Source of the DNA: an archaeon
Lineage (GTDB): Archaea; Nanobdellota; Nanobdellia; Woesearchaeales; SM23-78
Reading direction: 5' to 3'
Length of the DNA: 64,000 nucleotides
Assembly: GCA_043801165.1 (NCBI GenBank)
Contig: JAZDMG010000007.1
Coordinates: forward strand, 134,155 to 198,154
In this document: positions 34,343-44,564 of the stretch, piece by piece
Position numbering within the stretch: the first letter of the stretch is position 1
How the letters are laid out: the number at the start of each line of letters is the position of its first letter
Made by a program: the position numbers and the translations under genes
Notes under the pieces: generated by a model
What the model saw: only the letters and a program-made list of their open reading frames with translations
Told to the model about the DNA's origin: nothing
Database searches by the model: none

Positions 34343-34577
34343 TCTTCAGCCCGTATCTTTCAGCCAAGCTTGTCGTCACTAAGATTGACTTCTCCTTCTC
34401 CGCCTTCCTCAGCTCTTCTATAAATTCAGGCCTCAGCTCAGGATCCTCTGAGTCTTCGATGTACTTGCTGACCAGGCATTCCACTGCCTGGCTCTTGTCC
34501 TTCAGCTGGTATTTCACTTTTATGGTGTTCAGTACCCTGTTCGTGTTCTCGCTTATGTTCAATAATGCAGTCACCAA
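34308..34577 (-). CDS. Antitoxin
   Basis: 89-aa ORF overlapping the toxin gene, with a non-ATG start near 34577. The TATA-like sequence on the minus strand upstream of the start reads tatataaataag. Confidence 0.55.
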   Translation of the reverse strand: MVTALLNISENTNRVLNTIKVKYQLKDKSQAVECLVSKYIEDSEDPELRPEFIEELRKAEKEKSILVTTSLAERYGLKNVPKKDKRKAR

Positions 34578-35084
34578 ATTAGTTCACCTAAGCCCGAATA
34601 AGTCAAGCTTATTTATATAGCTTTCCATCAGGAAGGCATGACATATTAATAAGCTGTTCCCAAGAAAAAACGTAGATTATTCAGATAAGGCCTGGCGCAT
34701 TCACCATCTTCTCTTTGGCTTCAGCCTGGCCTTTAGCTTCTCTTCCTTCTCTTCATTGAAGAGCCTGTAGGAATAATAGACCAGGAACAAAGAGAAGGCG
34801 AGGACAGGCGCCAGCACAAACCAGAAGGCATAGTCACCGAAAAGCATCCCGGCCAAAGCCAATATCCCTGAAAGCTTGAAAAGCTTCCCCCCAAGCTCAT
34901 GGGTCTTATCCCAGACGGCGTCGCTGCTCAGAGTCCAGGGAGTCCTTATGCCGATGAACCAATTCCTCTTGGCCTTGCTGATGAGCACTCCAGCGCAAAA
35001 GAACAAGGCTGCAAGGGCAGGCACCAGCAGGAGCGTCATCGAGAACATGTAGCCAAGGTTCCAGGCGATGGTCAATATATAGAC

Positions 35085-36160
35085 GGCACTGTCTTAGAAT
35101 AGATACTTTTATATATTAGTTCTTTCATGTTTGTTTGTGTGAGGTGGTTATTTATGGCTCGTCCGCGTGGAAAAATCAATGTTGTTTGCCAGAACGAAAA
35201 TTGTAATTTTTATCGAAGAGAAAAAGGAAAAGATATTGTAAAGCGCGGTAAAAACACCGCGGGGCATCAACGATATTATTGCAATCATTGCAATAAATAT
35301 CTCGTCGAGACTAAAGGCACTCCTTTGTATCAGAAAAAGCTTAGTGAGCGAAAAATTAAGGAAATATGCAAGGAACTTGTCGAGAAAAAAGGTGTTCGAG
35401 CTATTTCTCGAACACATAATATCAATAAGAATACTGTTTGCAGTTTACTTTCTGATTTGGCAAATCATGCGTTAAGCATGACAAAATATCTCGTGCATGA
35501 TTTGGGATTAGAGGCCTATGAAGTGGATGAAATATTGACTTTTGTTAAAAAAAACAAAAAAAGCTTAAGTCAGAAGCAGATACATTCCCTAAACCAAGCC
35601 AGACAGCTATTGCAACGTGCATAAAAAGAGAATCACTATTCTTTGTCGCATTTAGCATCGGTAACTGGGACCAAAACTTATTGAGATTATTGTTCAACAA
35701 GTTCGAAGATCTAGTGCAGCAGCCCGATTATAAACACAAAATCAGAATATGTTCTGACGGTAATGACGATTATACGACGGTTCTCCAGGAATATTATAAC
35801 GCTGATTGCTTGTGCTATGGTCAGAAAATCAAGACTAAAGATGGAGTGAAAATATTTCCTGCAATCAAAAGAAAGATATTCGGAAATCCGAATATCGACG
35901 ACATAAACACCAATGCTGTTGAGTGTGTGAACAGTATTTTCAGAAGTAGAATTTCAAGAATGGTGCGAAGAAGTCAATGCCATGCAAAAGACAAATACGC
36001 CATAAACGATGCGTTCGCGTTATTTCAATTTTACTGGAATTTCATGCACAAAAATGAAGAAAAACTGACGCCAGCAATTCTCGAGCATCAGGCAATGAAA
36101 GTCTGGACGTGGGGAAACTTTCTTCACGCAAAATTAAAGTATCTGAATTAAGACAGTGCC
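35085..36160 (+). mobile_element. IS1-family-like insertion sequence
   Basis: The terminal inverted repeats begin GGCACTGTCTTA (35085-35096) and end TAAGACAGTGCC (36149-36160), with about 17 of 22 positions matching. The 8-bp target duplication ATATAGAC lies at 35077-35084 and 36161-36168. Confidence 0.85.
35154..36151 (+). CDS. IS1-like transposase made by -1 frameshift (InsA-like Zn-finger/HTH part fused to a DDE part)
   Basis: The frame-0 ORF 35154..35624 has CQNENC...CNHC. A-runs lie at 35547-35563 (A8-C-A7-G). The -1 frame continues as KKKLKSEADTFPKPSQTAIATC... into the ORF ending at 36151, with SDGNDDY and NAVECVNSIFRSRI. Confidence 0.75.
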
Positions 36161-36624
36161 ATATAGACATAGAGCAGGAACACGAATATCAGGATGATGA
36201 AGCTGTCAAAATATTTCCTGAACCTATCGACATTCTCCTTCATAGGGTCAAGCATCGGCAGGTAGTGGAACAGCAGGAACATCACTATCGAGATCATGGG
36301 CATGAAGAACAAGGCCCAGAACTTGCTCATGTAGCCGTTCACCTCTCCCTGGGCGCCCCAGTGCGAAGCCATGCGGTCAGGCATCTGGTTGTAGAGCAGC
36401 ACCCCTATTATTATGGATGCAAGAATCAGGGCAAGGGCTGCTAATTCACTTTTCCTCATGAAAGATGCTTATGGGGCCTTGCCTATTAATGTTTTGCGCT
36501 TCCAAGGCCGCAGCTTCCTTTCCAACCAGGAAAGACGGATACTGACGACTGTTTTGTAACTACTGATAGGTGGCTACAAAAGCGAAAGATTTATAAATAA
36601 CATCCAACCAATAAGGGCCGAGGC

Positions 36625-37614
36625 ATGAACATGAACAAAGAAAAAACAAACCCTGATTATAGGACCCGAGGAAAGATAGGCCAGGACAGCACAGGCACAC
36701 CTATCGATGTTCCTACCGAGGATGATATCCAGCTGTTGAAGACAGTCATAGACAACAAGAACATAGCAGCGACCTATCCTGTGCAGTTCAACCTCTTCTC
36801 AAGGATTGTCACCTATGACATGCTGCTGAATGAGCATGGCCTAGTCATAGGATTCATCCCTATGAAAAAGTCAGATACGCCTGTGCTCTTCAACACAGAC
36901 CGTTTTGATTTCTTCGCAATACCAAACGCAAGCCCTGATGGCTGGAGCTCGGCCAAGCCGCTGATAAAGCAGGGAATAATGGGAACCGGCGCAGATGGTG
37001 AAAATATAGCCGGTACCAGTCTCGAGGGCTATCTCAATATTTATGGATCAAGCACAGTCAATTTCCTGATGGGCGATGAGATATTGAATAGATCATATAA
37101 CCATGGCATATCAGGCATCCTTTACAGCTCAAAATCATTCAATGACCTGCTGAAAGCAAGGGCTGAAGCCGGCTTGACTGCACAAGGATCGAGCCAGGCA
37201 ATAGACAGCCAGCTGGAGGAGAGGCTGAAGATAATATCCCATGCGAAGGGAGACAGGAAACCATATGCGAACCATACACTGACACTGAAGCTGCTCTCAA
37301 GAGAGATGGAGCTTGGTGTGACAGTCAACAGGTACGGGTCTGTGCTGGAACAGATACCGCTGAAAGACAGTCCATTCACATTCAATAAAGCCATGGGCTT
37401 CTTTGTGATACCTGAAGGCGTCCGTAACTGGAAACCGTTTTATGACCAAGTTTTCATGAGGGATAGCATAGCATACGACTCAAAGGATGTCCGTCTGATT
37501 ACCATGCAAGAAGCCGCCAAGGACAGCTATGAGCGGGCAGGTATCAGGGCATCAACCGAGACTCATGCACAGGCGAATAGATCACTTTCTGAGACCAGGG
37601 TCCTTTATAGGTAG
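36625..37614 (+). CDS. Hypothetical protein
   Basis: 329-aa ORF with ordinary composition. No motif recognised. Confidence 0.55.
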   Translation: MNMNKEKTNPDYRTRGKIGQDSTGTPIDVPTEDDIQLLKTVIDNKNIAATYPVQFNLFSRIVTYDMLLNEHGLVIGFIPMKKSDTPVLFNTDRFDFFAIPNASPDGWSSAKPLIKQGIMGTGADGENIAGTSLEGYLNIYGSSTVNFLMGDEILNRSYNHGISGILYSSKSFNDLLKARAEAGLTAQGSSQAIDSQLEERLKIISHAKGDRKPYANHTLTLKLLSREMELGVTVNRYGSVLEQIPLKDSPFTFNKAMGFFVIPEGVRNWKPFYDQVFMRDSIAYDSKDVRLITMQEAAKDSYERAGIRASTETHAQANRSLSETRVLYR

Positions 37615-37701
37615 AAAACCACAACCTTTTTATATTCTCATCTCACTAAATCGAGGGATAGAGTGAGTGCTCTAGTCATATTCATAGGGTGAGTAATAGT
37701 A

Positions 37702-40700
37702 ATGACCAGGATCAACCGGCTGATAATGAGGGGCTTCAAGTCCTTCGCCAACAAGACAGAGCTTATCTTCGGAGAGAAGTTCAACTGCATCCTAGGTCCG
37801 AACGGTTCTGGCAAGAGCAATGTTCTCGACGCGCTGTGCTTTGTCCTGGGCAAGAGCAGTGTCAAGGGCATGAGGGCAGAGAAATCAGCCAACCTCATCT
37901 ACAACGGAGGCAAGAAGAAAAACCCTCTCAAGGAGGGATCAGTCTCAATTTTCTTCGATAACAAGTCAAAGATCTTCGGGGAGGATATGCCTGAGGAGAT
38001 AGAAATCGAGAGGATAATAAAGCAGAGCGGCCAGTCCACCTACAAGATCAACGGCAAGACAAGGACAAGGCAGCAGATACTCGACCTTATGAACAGGGCG
38101 AGGATAAACCCTGACGGCTACAACATAATCCTGCAGGGAGACATCACTCACCTGATAGAGATGACTCCGCTAGAGAGGAGAGGCATCATCGAGGAGATCG
38201 CTGGCATCAACATCTACGAGGAGAAGAAGGAGAAGGCAATCAGGGAGATAACCCGTGTAGAGGAGAGGCTCAACGAGGCAGGCATCATATTGACAGAACG
38301 AGAGAGCTATCTCAAGGATCTCAAGAAAGAGCGGAACCAGGCCATGAAGTTCAAGGAGCTAAATGAGAAGATAAAGCAGAACAAGGCCACAAGCCTCCAC
38401 CGAAGGATGGAACAGAGGAAGCTTGCCAGCGGCGAGCTCGACAAGAAGATAAAAGAAAACTCTGCGAAGACCGACACCGTAAGGAAAGAGATAGAGAAGA
38501 TAAGGGAAGACATCTCAAAGAAGAAGGCAGAGATAGAGCAGATAAACAGGGAGATAGAGGAGAAAGGAGAGAAGGAGCAGGTCGCCTTGCAAAAGGAGAT
38601 AGAGAAGACAAAGGTAGATGTAGCCCTCAACAGGCAGAGGATAGGGACGATTGATTCTGAGATAAAGAAGCTCGAGGACAGGAAGACAGAGCTCGGCGAC
38701 AGCTTCAAGGAGCTCAGCGAGAAGATGGCCATGCTGGACAAGAACAAGAAAGAGTTCCAGGGCCAGATAGAAGGAAAGAACAAGGACCTCACCCTCATAG
38801 AGAAAAAAGTGCTTGAGTTCAGGAAGAAGAACAAGCTCGAAGATACACAGGACCTCGAGAACAAGTCATCTGATTTCGACAAGAAAGCAGATGAGCTCCA
38901 GGAGGAGACCCATAAGCTCAGGGAGAAGCAGCAGGAGTTCCTCAGGGAGAAGGACCGCCTTGAGCTCAAGAGCCAGAGCGTCGACGACAAGATAATGAAA
39001 GTCCTGTCGATAGAGAAGGAGAACAAGGCAGCGCTTGAGAAGCTCAAGAGCATAAAGAAGGACCTTGAGAAGAAATCATCAGAGCTCAACAGCGCATTGG
39101 ATTATGATTCTAGCCTGGCCAATCAGCTGGGCACCGCCAGGGATAGCATGCACGCGAAGAAAGAGGAAGAGTCTGGCCTGAGAGCCAGGTCTGCGAGCAT
39201 CCACGAGTCATTGGCAGGAGGCATGGCCCTCAGCAAGGTGATGGAGCTCAAGGCAAAAGGCACCATCAAGGGAATAATAGGCACGGTCTCAGAGCTGGGC
39301 CGGGTCAAGGAAGAATACGCATTGGCTCTTGAAGTATCTGCAGGCCCGAGGCTCAACAGCGTTGTCGTCGAGAGCGACGAGATAGCTGCCAAGTGCATCA
39401 AATACCTGAAAGAGAACAAGCTCGGCATCGCGACATTCCTTCCGCTCAACAAATTAAAGCCCAAGGATATCAACAACGACCTCAGGAAGGTCGACAAGAA
39501 AGGAGTGATAGGCCTCGCATTGGATCTCGTCACATTCTCAGAGAAATACCGCAAGGTGTTCGAGTATGTCTTCGGAAGCACCCTTGTTGTCGACAGCGTA
39601 GAGGTGGCAAGGAGCCTCGGCATAGGCACAGAAAGGATGGTCACACTGACAGGAGACCTCATAGAGACCAGCGGAGCGATGCAGGGAGGATTCAGGCAGA
39701 GAAGAAGAGGAGTCGGATTCCAGGACAAGGAGCTTGACGACAAGATAAAGACCCTTGAGGCAGAGATCCACGACCTTGCGAGCGTAGCCGCCAATCTCGA
39801 GGTGAAGAAGAAGAACAACGAGACAAGGATCGAGGAGCTGAGGAAGGAGAAGGCAGAGCAGGAAGGAGAGATGATAAAGCTTGAGAGGACACTGCACCTC
39901 GACTCAGCAGACCTTGACGCCAACAAGAAAGAGAAAGAAAATATAGCTTCAGAGATCAAGGTCTCAGACACAGAGCTCGAGAAGATAAGGCAGCAGCTCA
40001 TAGAGAAGAACAAGGCGCTGACAGAGCTTAAGACAGAGAAGCAGAAGATAAGGGATGAGCTCACAAGGCTCAGGAGCCCCACTCTCCTCGCAGAGCTGAA
40101 CTCATTCGAGCAGAAGAAGGCAGAGCTGAAGGAAGAGATCAGCAAGATACAGAACGAGCTCAGGACGAATGAGAGCGAGGCAAGCAAGATCCTCGGCCCG
40201 GAAGGAGAGAAGATACAGAAGATCCTCAAGCAGAACGAAAAGGAGAAAGAGGCATTCTTCAAGGAAAGGAAAGACCTCGAGTCATTGATAAAGATACAGG
40301 AAGCAGAGCTCAAGGAGAAGGAGAAGAAGCAGACAGACTTTTATTCGCAGTTCAAGTCATTGTTCAACAAGAGGACCAAGCTAAGCGACGAGGTGAGCAA
40401 GCTAGAGAGCATCATCACGCTCAAGGACAATAACATAAGAGAGAATGAGCAGAAGAGCAATGCCGTAGCATTGGAGAACGCAGGATTCAGGGCAGAGCTC
40501 TCAAGGCTCAACGAAGAGTTCAGGCAGTATGAAGGAGTCCCATTGTTCAAGGACAAGAGCGAGGAAGACATAGAGAAAGAGATCAGGCAGTTCGAGAAGC
40601 TGGTCTCTGACATAGGCGCAGTCAACATGAAAGCATTAGATATCTATGACAAGGCAGAGAAAGAATACAACGCACTCATAAAGAAGAAGGAGAAGCTAGG

Positions 40701-41202
40701 CGTAGAAAGAGAAGACGTCCTGATGATGATCAATGAGATCGAGACCAAGAAGAAAGAATTATTCCTAAGGACCTATAACGTCCTCAATGATAACTTCAAG
40801 AAGATATTCAGCAACCTCACCACCAAGGGAGATGCCTCATTTGAGCTCGAGAATGAGCAGGACCCATTCTTAGGGGGAATGACATTAAAAGTAAAGATAA
40901 CAGGCACCAAGTTCCTTGACATCAGGAGCCTCAGCGGGGGAGAGAAGACCTTGACAGCGCTGGCATTCCTATTCGCAGTGCAGGAATACGCACCAGCAAG
41001 CTTCTATGTGATGGACGAGGTAGATGCTGCTCTTGACAAGAACAATTCACAGAAACTGGCGAAGATCATCAGGAGCTACTGCACCAACGCCCAGTACGTC
41101 GTGATAAGCCACAACGACTCAATCATCAGCGAGGCAGACAACCTCTACGGAGTCAGCATGGTTGAGAACAGCGTCAGCAAGGTGACAAGCCTGAAGATCT
41201 GA
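37702..41202 (+). CDS. smc: Chromosome segregation ATPase SMC
   Basis: 1166 aa with Walker A GPNGSGKSN, long K/E-rich coiled coils, a central hinge, and C-terminal LSGGEKTLTALAF and FYVMDEVDAALD. Confidence 0.95.
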   Translation: MTRINRLIMRGFKSFANKTELIFGEKFNCILGPNGSGKSNVLDALCFVLGKSSVKGMRAEKSANLIYNGGKKKNPLKEGSVSIFFDNKSKIFGEDMPEEIEIERIIKQSGQSTYKINGKTRTRQQILDLMNRARINPDGYNIILQGDITHLIEMTPLERRGIIEEIAGINIYEEKKEKAIREITRVEERLNEAGIILTERESYLKDLKKERNQAMKFKELNEKIKQNKATSLHRRMEQRKLASGELDKKIKENSAKTDTVRKEIEKIREDISKKKAEIEQINREIEEKGEKEQVALQKEIEKTKVDVALNRQRIGTIDSEIKKLEDRKTELGDSFKELSEKMAMLDKNKKEFQGQIEGKNKDLTLIEKKVLEFRKKNKLEDTQDLENKSSDFDKKADELQEETHKLREKQQEFLREKDRLELKSQSVDDKIMKVLSIEKENKAALEKLKSIKKDLEKKSSELNSALDYDSSLANQLGTARDSMHAKKEEESGLRARSASIHESLAGGMALSKVMELKAKGTIKGIIGTVSELGRVKEEYALALEVSAGPRLNSVVVESDEIAAKCIKYLKENKLGIATFLPLNKLKPKDINNDLRKVDKKGVIGLALDLVTFSEKYRKVFEYVFGSTLVVDSVEVARSLGIGTERMVTLTGDLIETSGAMQGGFRQRRRGVGFQDKELDDKIKTLEAEIHDLASVAANLEVKKKNNETRIEELRKEKAEQEGEMIKLERTLHLDSADLDANKKEKENIASEIKVSDTELEKIRQQLIEKNKALTELKTEKQKIRDELTRLRSPTLLAELNSFEQKKAELKEEISKIQNELRTNESEASKILGPEGEKIQKILKQNEKEKEAFFKERKDLESLIKIQEAELKEKEKKQTDFYSQFKSLFNKRTKLSDEVSKLESIITLKDNNIRENEQKSNAVALENAGFRAELSRLNEEFRQYEGVPLFKDKSEEDIEKEIRQFEKLVSDIGAVNMKALDIYDKAEKEYNALIKKKEKLGVEREDVLMMINEIETKKKELFLRTYNVLNDNFKKIFSNLTTKGDASFELENEQDPFLGGMTLKVKITGTKFLDIRSLSGGEKTLTALAFLFAVQEYAPASFYVMDEVDAALDKNNSQKLAKIIRSYCTNAQYVVISHNDSIISEADNLYGVSMVENSVSKVTSLKI

Positions 41203-41244
41203 GCCGCATAATAAAATATAAATAGCTGAATAACAATCACTGGC

Positions 41245-41652
41245 ATGATGGATCTCTTGACGCAGATAAGGCCGTTCATCGTGTGCCTCATCATCATCGC
41301 AGCGCTCGACTATTTCTTCATAAAGAAGATCGCCGGGAAGATATACCTCCGCGAGCTCAATGAGTTCTCAAGGAAGAAGGATATTGCCTTCTCTCCGAGA
41401 TCAGGGCCTGCTTTTGTGATCTATCTTGTGCTCGCAGGAGGAGCCCTCAGCCTCGCCTACATGAACCTAGGCAGTACATATCTCCAGAGCCTTGGCTCAG
41501 GGGCATTGTTCGGCTTCCTCATCTACGGGTTCTATGACATGACCAACTATGCAATCCTCGCGAAATGGTCTTTCAAGCTTAGCATGATAGACATCGTCTG
41601 GGGGACCTTGCTCAATGCGTTCATGGCGGTGTTCCTGCATTGGGTCATGTGA
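41245..41652 (+). CDS. Small membrane protein (DUF2177-like)
   Basis: 135 aa with four hydrophobic segments. The family name is recalled from the YGFYDMTNYA pattern only. Confidence 0.5.
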   Translation: MMDLLTQIRPFIVCLIIIAALDYFFIKKIAGKIYLRELNEFSRKKDIAFSPRSGPAFVIYLVLAGGALSLAYMNLGSTYLQSLGSGALFGFLIYGFYDMTNYAILAKWSFKLSMIDIVWGTLLNAFMAVFLHWVM

Positions 41653-41759
41653 GACTTGACCGCAGGATAAAAAAAACAGAATCTCAACCAATGCCTCAAT
41701 GGCAATATTAATTCAATGACAATATTAATAAACCAGATTTGTTCTCAGGTAATAAAAAG

Positions 41760-42557
41760 ATGGGTGAGGATAACAAGAAAAAGAGGAAGAGGATTAATAT
41801 CCGCTTCAGCAAGACCCAATTCCACGTCGGAGATGAGGTCCTGAGGAGCGCCATCTATGAGTGTTCTGAATGCGAGAATGTTACTGCCTTCAAGAAAGGA
41901 GAGACATTCATAATATGCGATAACTGCGATGACAAGAATCCCGACCAGCACTGGTACCACACCAACGAGTTCATAAGGTTCGTGAGCAAGAACCTCAACA
42001 CCGAGTTCGAGAGGATAGAAGGCCTAGGGCTCAAAATATCTGACATCATCGCGACACTGGCAGGAAGCCTGTGGTTCGTATTCCTGCACGTCTTCTGGTT
42101 CGGCTGGTGGATCTACGTCAACTCAGGCCACGAATCATTCGGGCTGATGAACTTCGATGTCTATCCATTCGGCCTCCTCACCATGATTGTCAGCCTAGAG
42201 GCGATATTCCTATCGACCTTCATACTCATAAGCCAGAACCGGCAGTCTAACAAGAGCGAGCTCCGCGCAGAGCTTGATTATCAGACCAACCTCAACACAG
42301 AAAAGGATGTCGCAGAAGTACTCTCGATACTGAGGGATGTGCGTGAGGAAGGAAGGACTGTTGAGAACAACACATTCGAGCTCCTGCAGAAGATAGCCTC
42401 TGACCTTGACACAAAGAAAAAGAAGAGAGGAAAGAAGGTCCTGAAGCCGAAGAAAGGCAGGGAAGCCAAAATAGAGAAGAAGGTTGATGAGATCATGGAG
42501 AGCGCAGGAATAGAAGACGTATCCCCTGAAGAAGGTGAAGAGGAAGAAGAGCACTGA
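41760..42557 (+). CDS. DUF1003 membrane protein with N-terminal zinc ribbon
   Basis: CSEC...CDNC, then YPFGLLTMIVSLEAIFLSTFILISQNRQ. ATG 41760 is preferred. Confidence 0.7.
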   Translation: MGEDNKKKRKRINIRFSKTQFHVGDEVLRSAIYECSECENVTAFKKGETFIICDNCDDKNPDQHWYHTNEFIRFVSKNLNTEFERIEGLGLKISDIIATLAGSLWFVFLHVFWFGWWIYVNSGHESFGLMNFDVYPFGLLTMIVSLEAIFLSTFILISQNRQSNKSELRAELDYQTNLNTEKDVAEVLSILRDVREEGRTVENNTFELLQKIASDLDTKKKKRGKKVLKPKKGREAKIEKKVDEIMESAGIEDVSPEEGEEEEEH

Positions 42558-42586
42558 TTAGGCTGTCTGATAACCAGTCAACATCA

Positions 42587-43807
42587 TCATTTCTTATCAG
42601 CCAGAACCATCATCCCGTCAAGTATATCCTTTATGCGCTCTGCGGTCTTGTCCCAGTCAAACTCTTTCTCGACGAATTTCCTGGCGACAACAGATATCCT
42701 GCCTCTAAGCTCTTCATCGCGGGCGAGGAGCAGTATCTGCTTGGCAAGGTCATATGAATCCTTGCCTGTGAAGAACAGGCCGTTCTTCCGAGGCTTGAGA
42801 TAATCCTTGACAAACCCTACCTTGTTTGCTATGACAGGCACTCCGCAGGCCATCGCCTCCAATGTGGCGAGGCTGGTAGTCTCAGTCAGGCTGGTCAGGC
42901 AGTAGATGTCCATCGCCTGGAGATAAGGCACTACGTTGTTGGTGCTGCCCGGCAATATAACGCCTGGGACGCTGGCAAGCTTCTTCTTGATGCTGTCGAC
43001 CCCGTCGCCCACCACCAGCAGGCTCGCATGGGGATAGCTCTTGCGCACGACGATGAAAGCCCTCAGCAGGGTCATCAGGTCCTTCTCTCTCCCTAGGCGG
43101 CCATGATAGCCAATGACCAGGGCATCCTTCTCCAGGCCAAGCTTCTTCTTTGCCTCTTCCTTTTTCTCAGGAGGGGCGAATCGCTTTGTGTCGACACCGA
43201 GATGGACTACTTTCTTCGCTGTCCTGATCCTGTGCCAGGTCAGCATCTCTGCGATCCCCTGGGCAGGGACTATCAGCAGGTTGACCTTGTTATACACCCG
43301 CCTGACAAAGCTCTTGGTGATCGCGTAGGAATATGCTTTCAGGAGGTCTATTCCAACAGCCCTGGTGGCGAGCTCCCAATCGATTGAATGTATGAAAGAG
43401 ACGACCTTCTTCTTTTCACGGCGGGCAGCCCGTATCCCCATCAAACCTATTGGCCCGATGGTCTGCGAGAAGACAAGGTCTGATCTCATGACCTCGCTCT
43501 TCATGACCTTATAGGACGGTTTTGCGAATGTGAAGTCGCCCACCCTCATCTTTGACATGGGCGTCTTGACAAGCCTGAAGCTTGTTGATTTATCGACGGG
43601 CGAGGGACCCATGTCAGGAGCGATGACTGTGATGTCATAGCTGTCTTTCATCCTGGGTATGAGCTCTGCCAGGAATCGCGCGATGCCATCCCATCTGGGA
43701 AGAAAATTATCAGTCACTATCAGCAGCCTCTTCCTGCGGGCATCCTTTGCCTTTTCCCTAGGCTCAGATACCGCATTATCCTTCGGGACCATCATGCTTG
43801 TCATCAT
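42587..43807 (-). CDS. GT4-family glycosyltransferase
   Basis: 406 aa. C-terminal E...LEAMACGVPVIA is the GT-B motif. Confidence 0.8.
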   Translation of the reverse strand: MMTSMMVPKDNAVSEPREKAKDARRKRLLIVTDNFLPRWDGIARFLAELIPRMKDSYDITVIAPDMGPSPVDKSTSFRLVKTPMSKMRVGDFTFAKPSYKVMKSEVMRSDLVFSQTIGPIGLMGIRAARREKKKVVSFIHSIDWELATRAVGIDLLKAYSYAITKSFVRRVYNKVNLLIVPAQGIAEMLTWHRIRTAKKVVHLGVDTKRFAPPEKKEEAKKKLGLEKDALVIGYHGRLGREKDLMTLLRAFIVVRKSYPHASLLVVGDGVDSIKKKLASVPGVILPGSTNNVVPYLQAMDIYCLTSLTETTSLATLEAMACGVPVIANKVGFVKDYLKPRKNGLFFTGKDSYDLAKQILLLARDEELRGRISVVARKFVEKEFDWDKTAERIKDILDGMMVLADKK

Positions 43808-43823
43808 CTTCTCTCCATGCTGT

Positions 43824-44507
43824 TCATCTTACCTTGAAAAAAACTTCTGCATATCTCACATTGTTCCTTACGCCGTTGAGGGCATCCTTGATGTGCACAA
43901 GGAAAAAAAGGAAATTATTGAAGATAAGATAATTGTAGAGCGTGGCCAGGTTTATCTGGCTCTTGAAAGCCTTGAGAGCCTTCACCTTTGTATCAAAAGT
44001 CTCAGAGGTGTCGACCACGAGCTTAGGCCTGTTCCTCTTCCTGAGATTGACAAGGTGCCAAACCTCAAAGCTGTAGAGGTCTGACTTCAGGTGCATCTTC
44101 CTGTAGAGTTTCATGACGATCCTGAAGGCCGCCCTGTGGTCTGGGTGGGCATCATCAGATGAATGGGTGAAGATCCTGACAGGGTTGATCTCTGTGATTA
44201 TCTTCTCAAGGCGCCCAAAGATGCCCCTGCTCTCGAAATCCTCCTCGAGATGGGAATCCCTCAGGCCAAGGAAAGTCACTCCCTTGCCGCCGATGATCTT
44301 ATCAGCCTTCTGTGATTCCTTGACACGCTCCTTGGTTATCACCTCACGCTTGACATGAGGCCTGACTGCTTCGCCGAATGACAATATTATGGTATGGATG
44401 TCGAACCCCTCTGAGGCGTACTTGGCCATGGCGCCGCCTGCACCGATGATCTGGTCATCTGAATGGGAGCATATTACAAGAATCGCGCCCTTGCTTCTCC
44501 TGGCCAT
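43824..44507 (-). CDS. PIG-L/LmbE-family deacetylase
   Basis: VICSHSDDQIIGAGG and HPDH motifs. Confidence 0.8.
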   Translation of the reverse strand: MARRSKGAILVICSHSDDQIIGAGGAMAKYASEGFDIHTIILSFGEAVRPHVKREVITKERVKESQKADKIIGGKGVTFLGLRDSHLEEDFESRGIFGRLEKIITEINPVRIFTHSSDDAHPDHRAAFRIVMKLYRKMHLKSDLYSFEVWHLVNLRKRNRPKLVVDTSETFDTKVKALKAFKSQINLATLYNYLIFNNFLFFLVHIKDALNGVRNNVRYAEVFFKVR

Positions 44508-44564
44508 GGTGGATGATAAGCTGGCTGCTTTTAATTAGTTTTTGGTTTTGAGAAAAGAGCCGGC

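Larger units (their letters stand above)
34701..36459 (-). pseudogene. SdpI/DUF1648-family membrane protein gene split by an IS insertion
   Basis: The N-terminal part (36459..36169, ASHWGAQGEVNGYMSKF) and the C-terminal part (35076..34701, NWFIGIRTPWTLSSDAVW) join in frame once the IS and one copy of ATATAGAC are removed. The junction then reads ...LLYVYILTIAWNLG.... Confidence 0.8.

Noticed and set aside
38307-40628. Long antisense and alternative-frame ORFs within smc (for example 38307..39089 and 39123..40313, minus strand).
   Set aside because: Their Ser/Phe/Leu-rich low-complexity translations mirror the Lys/Glu-rich coiled-coil codons of smc. They have no independent signals.
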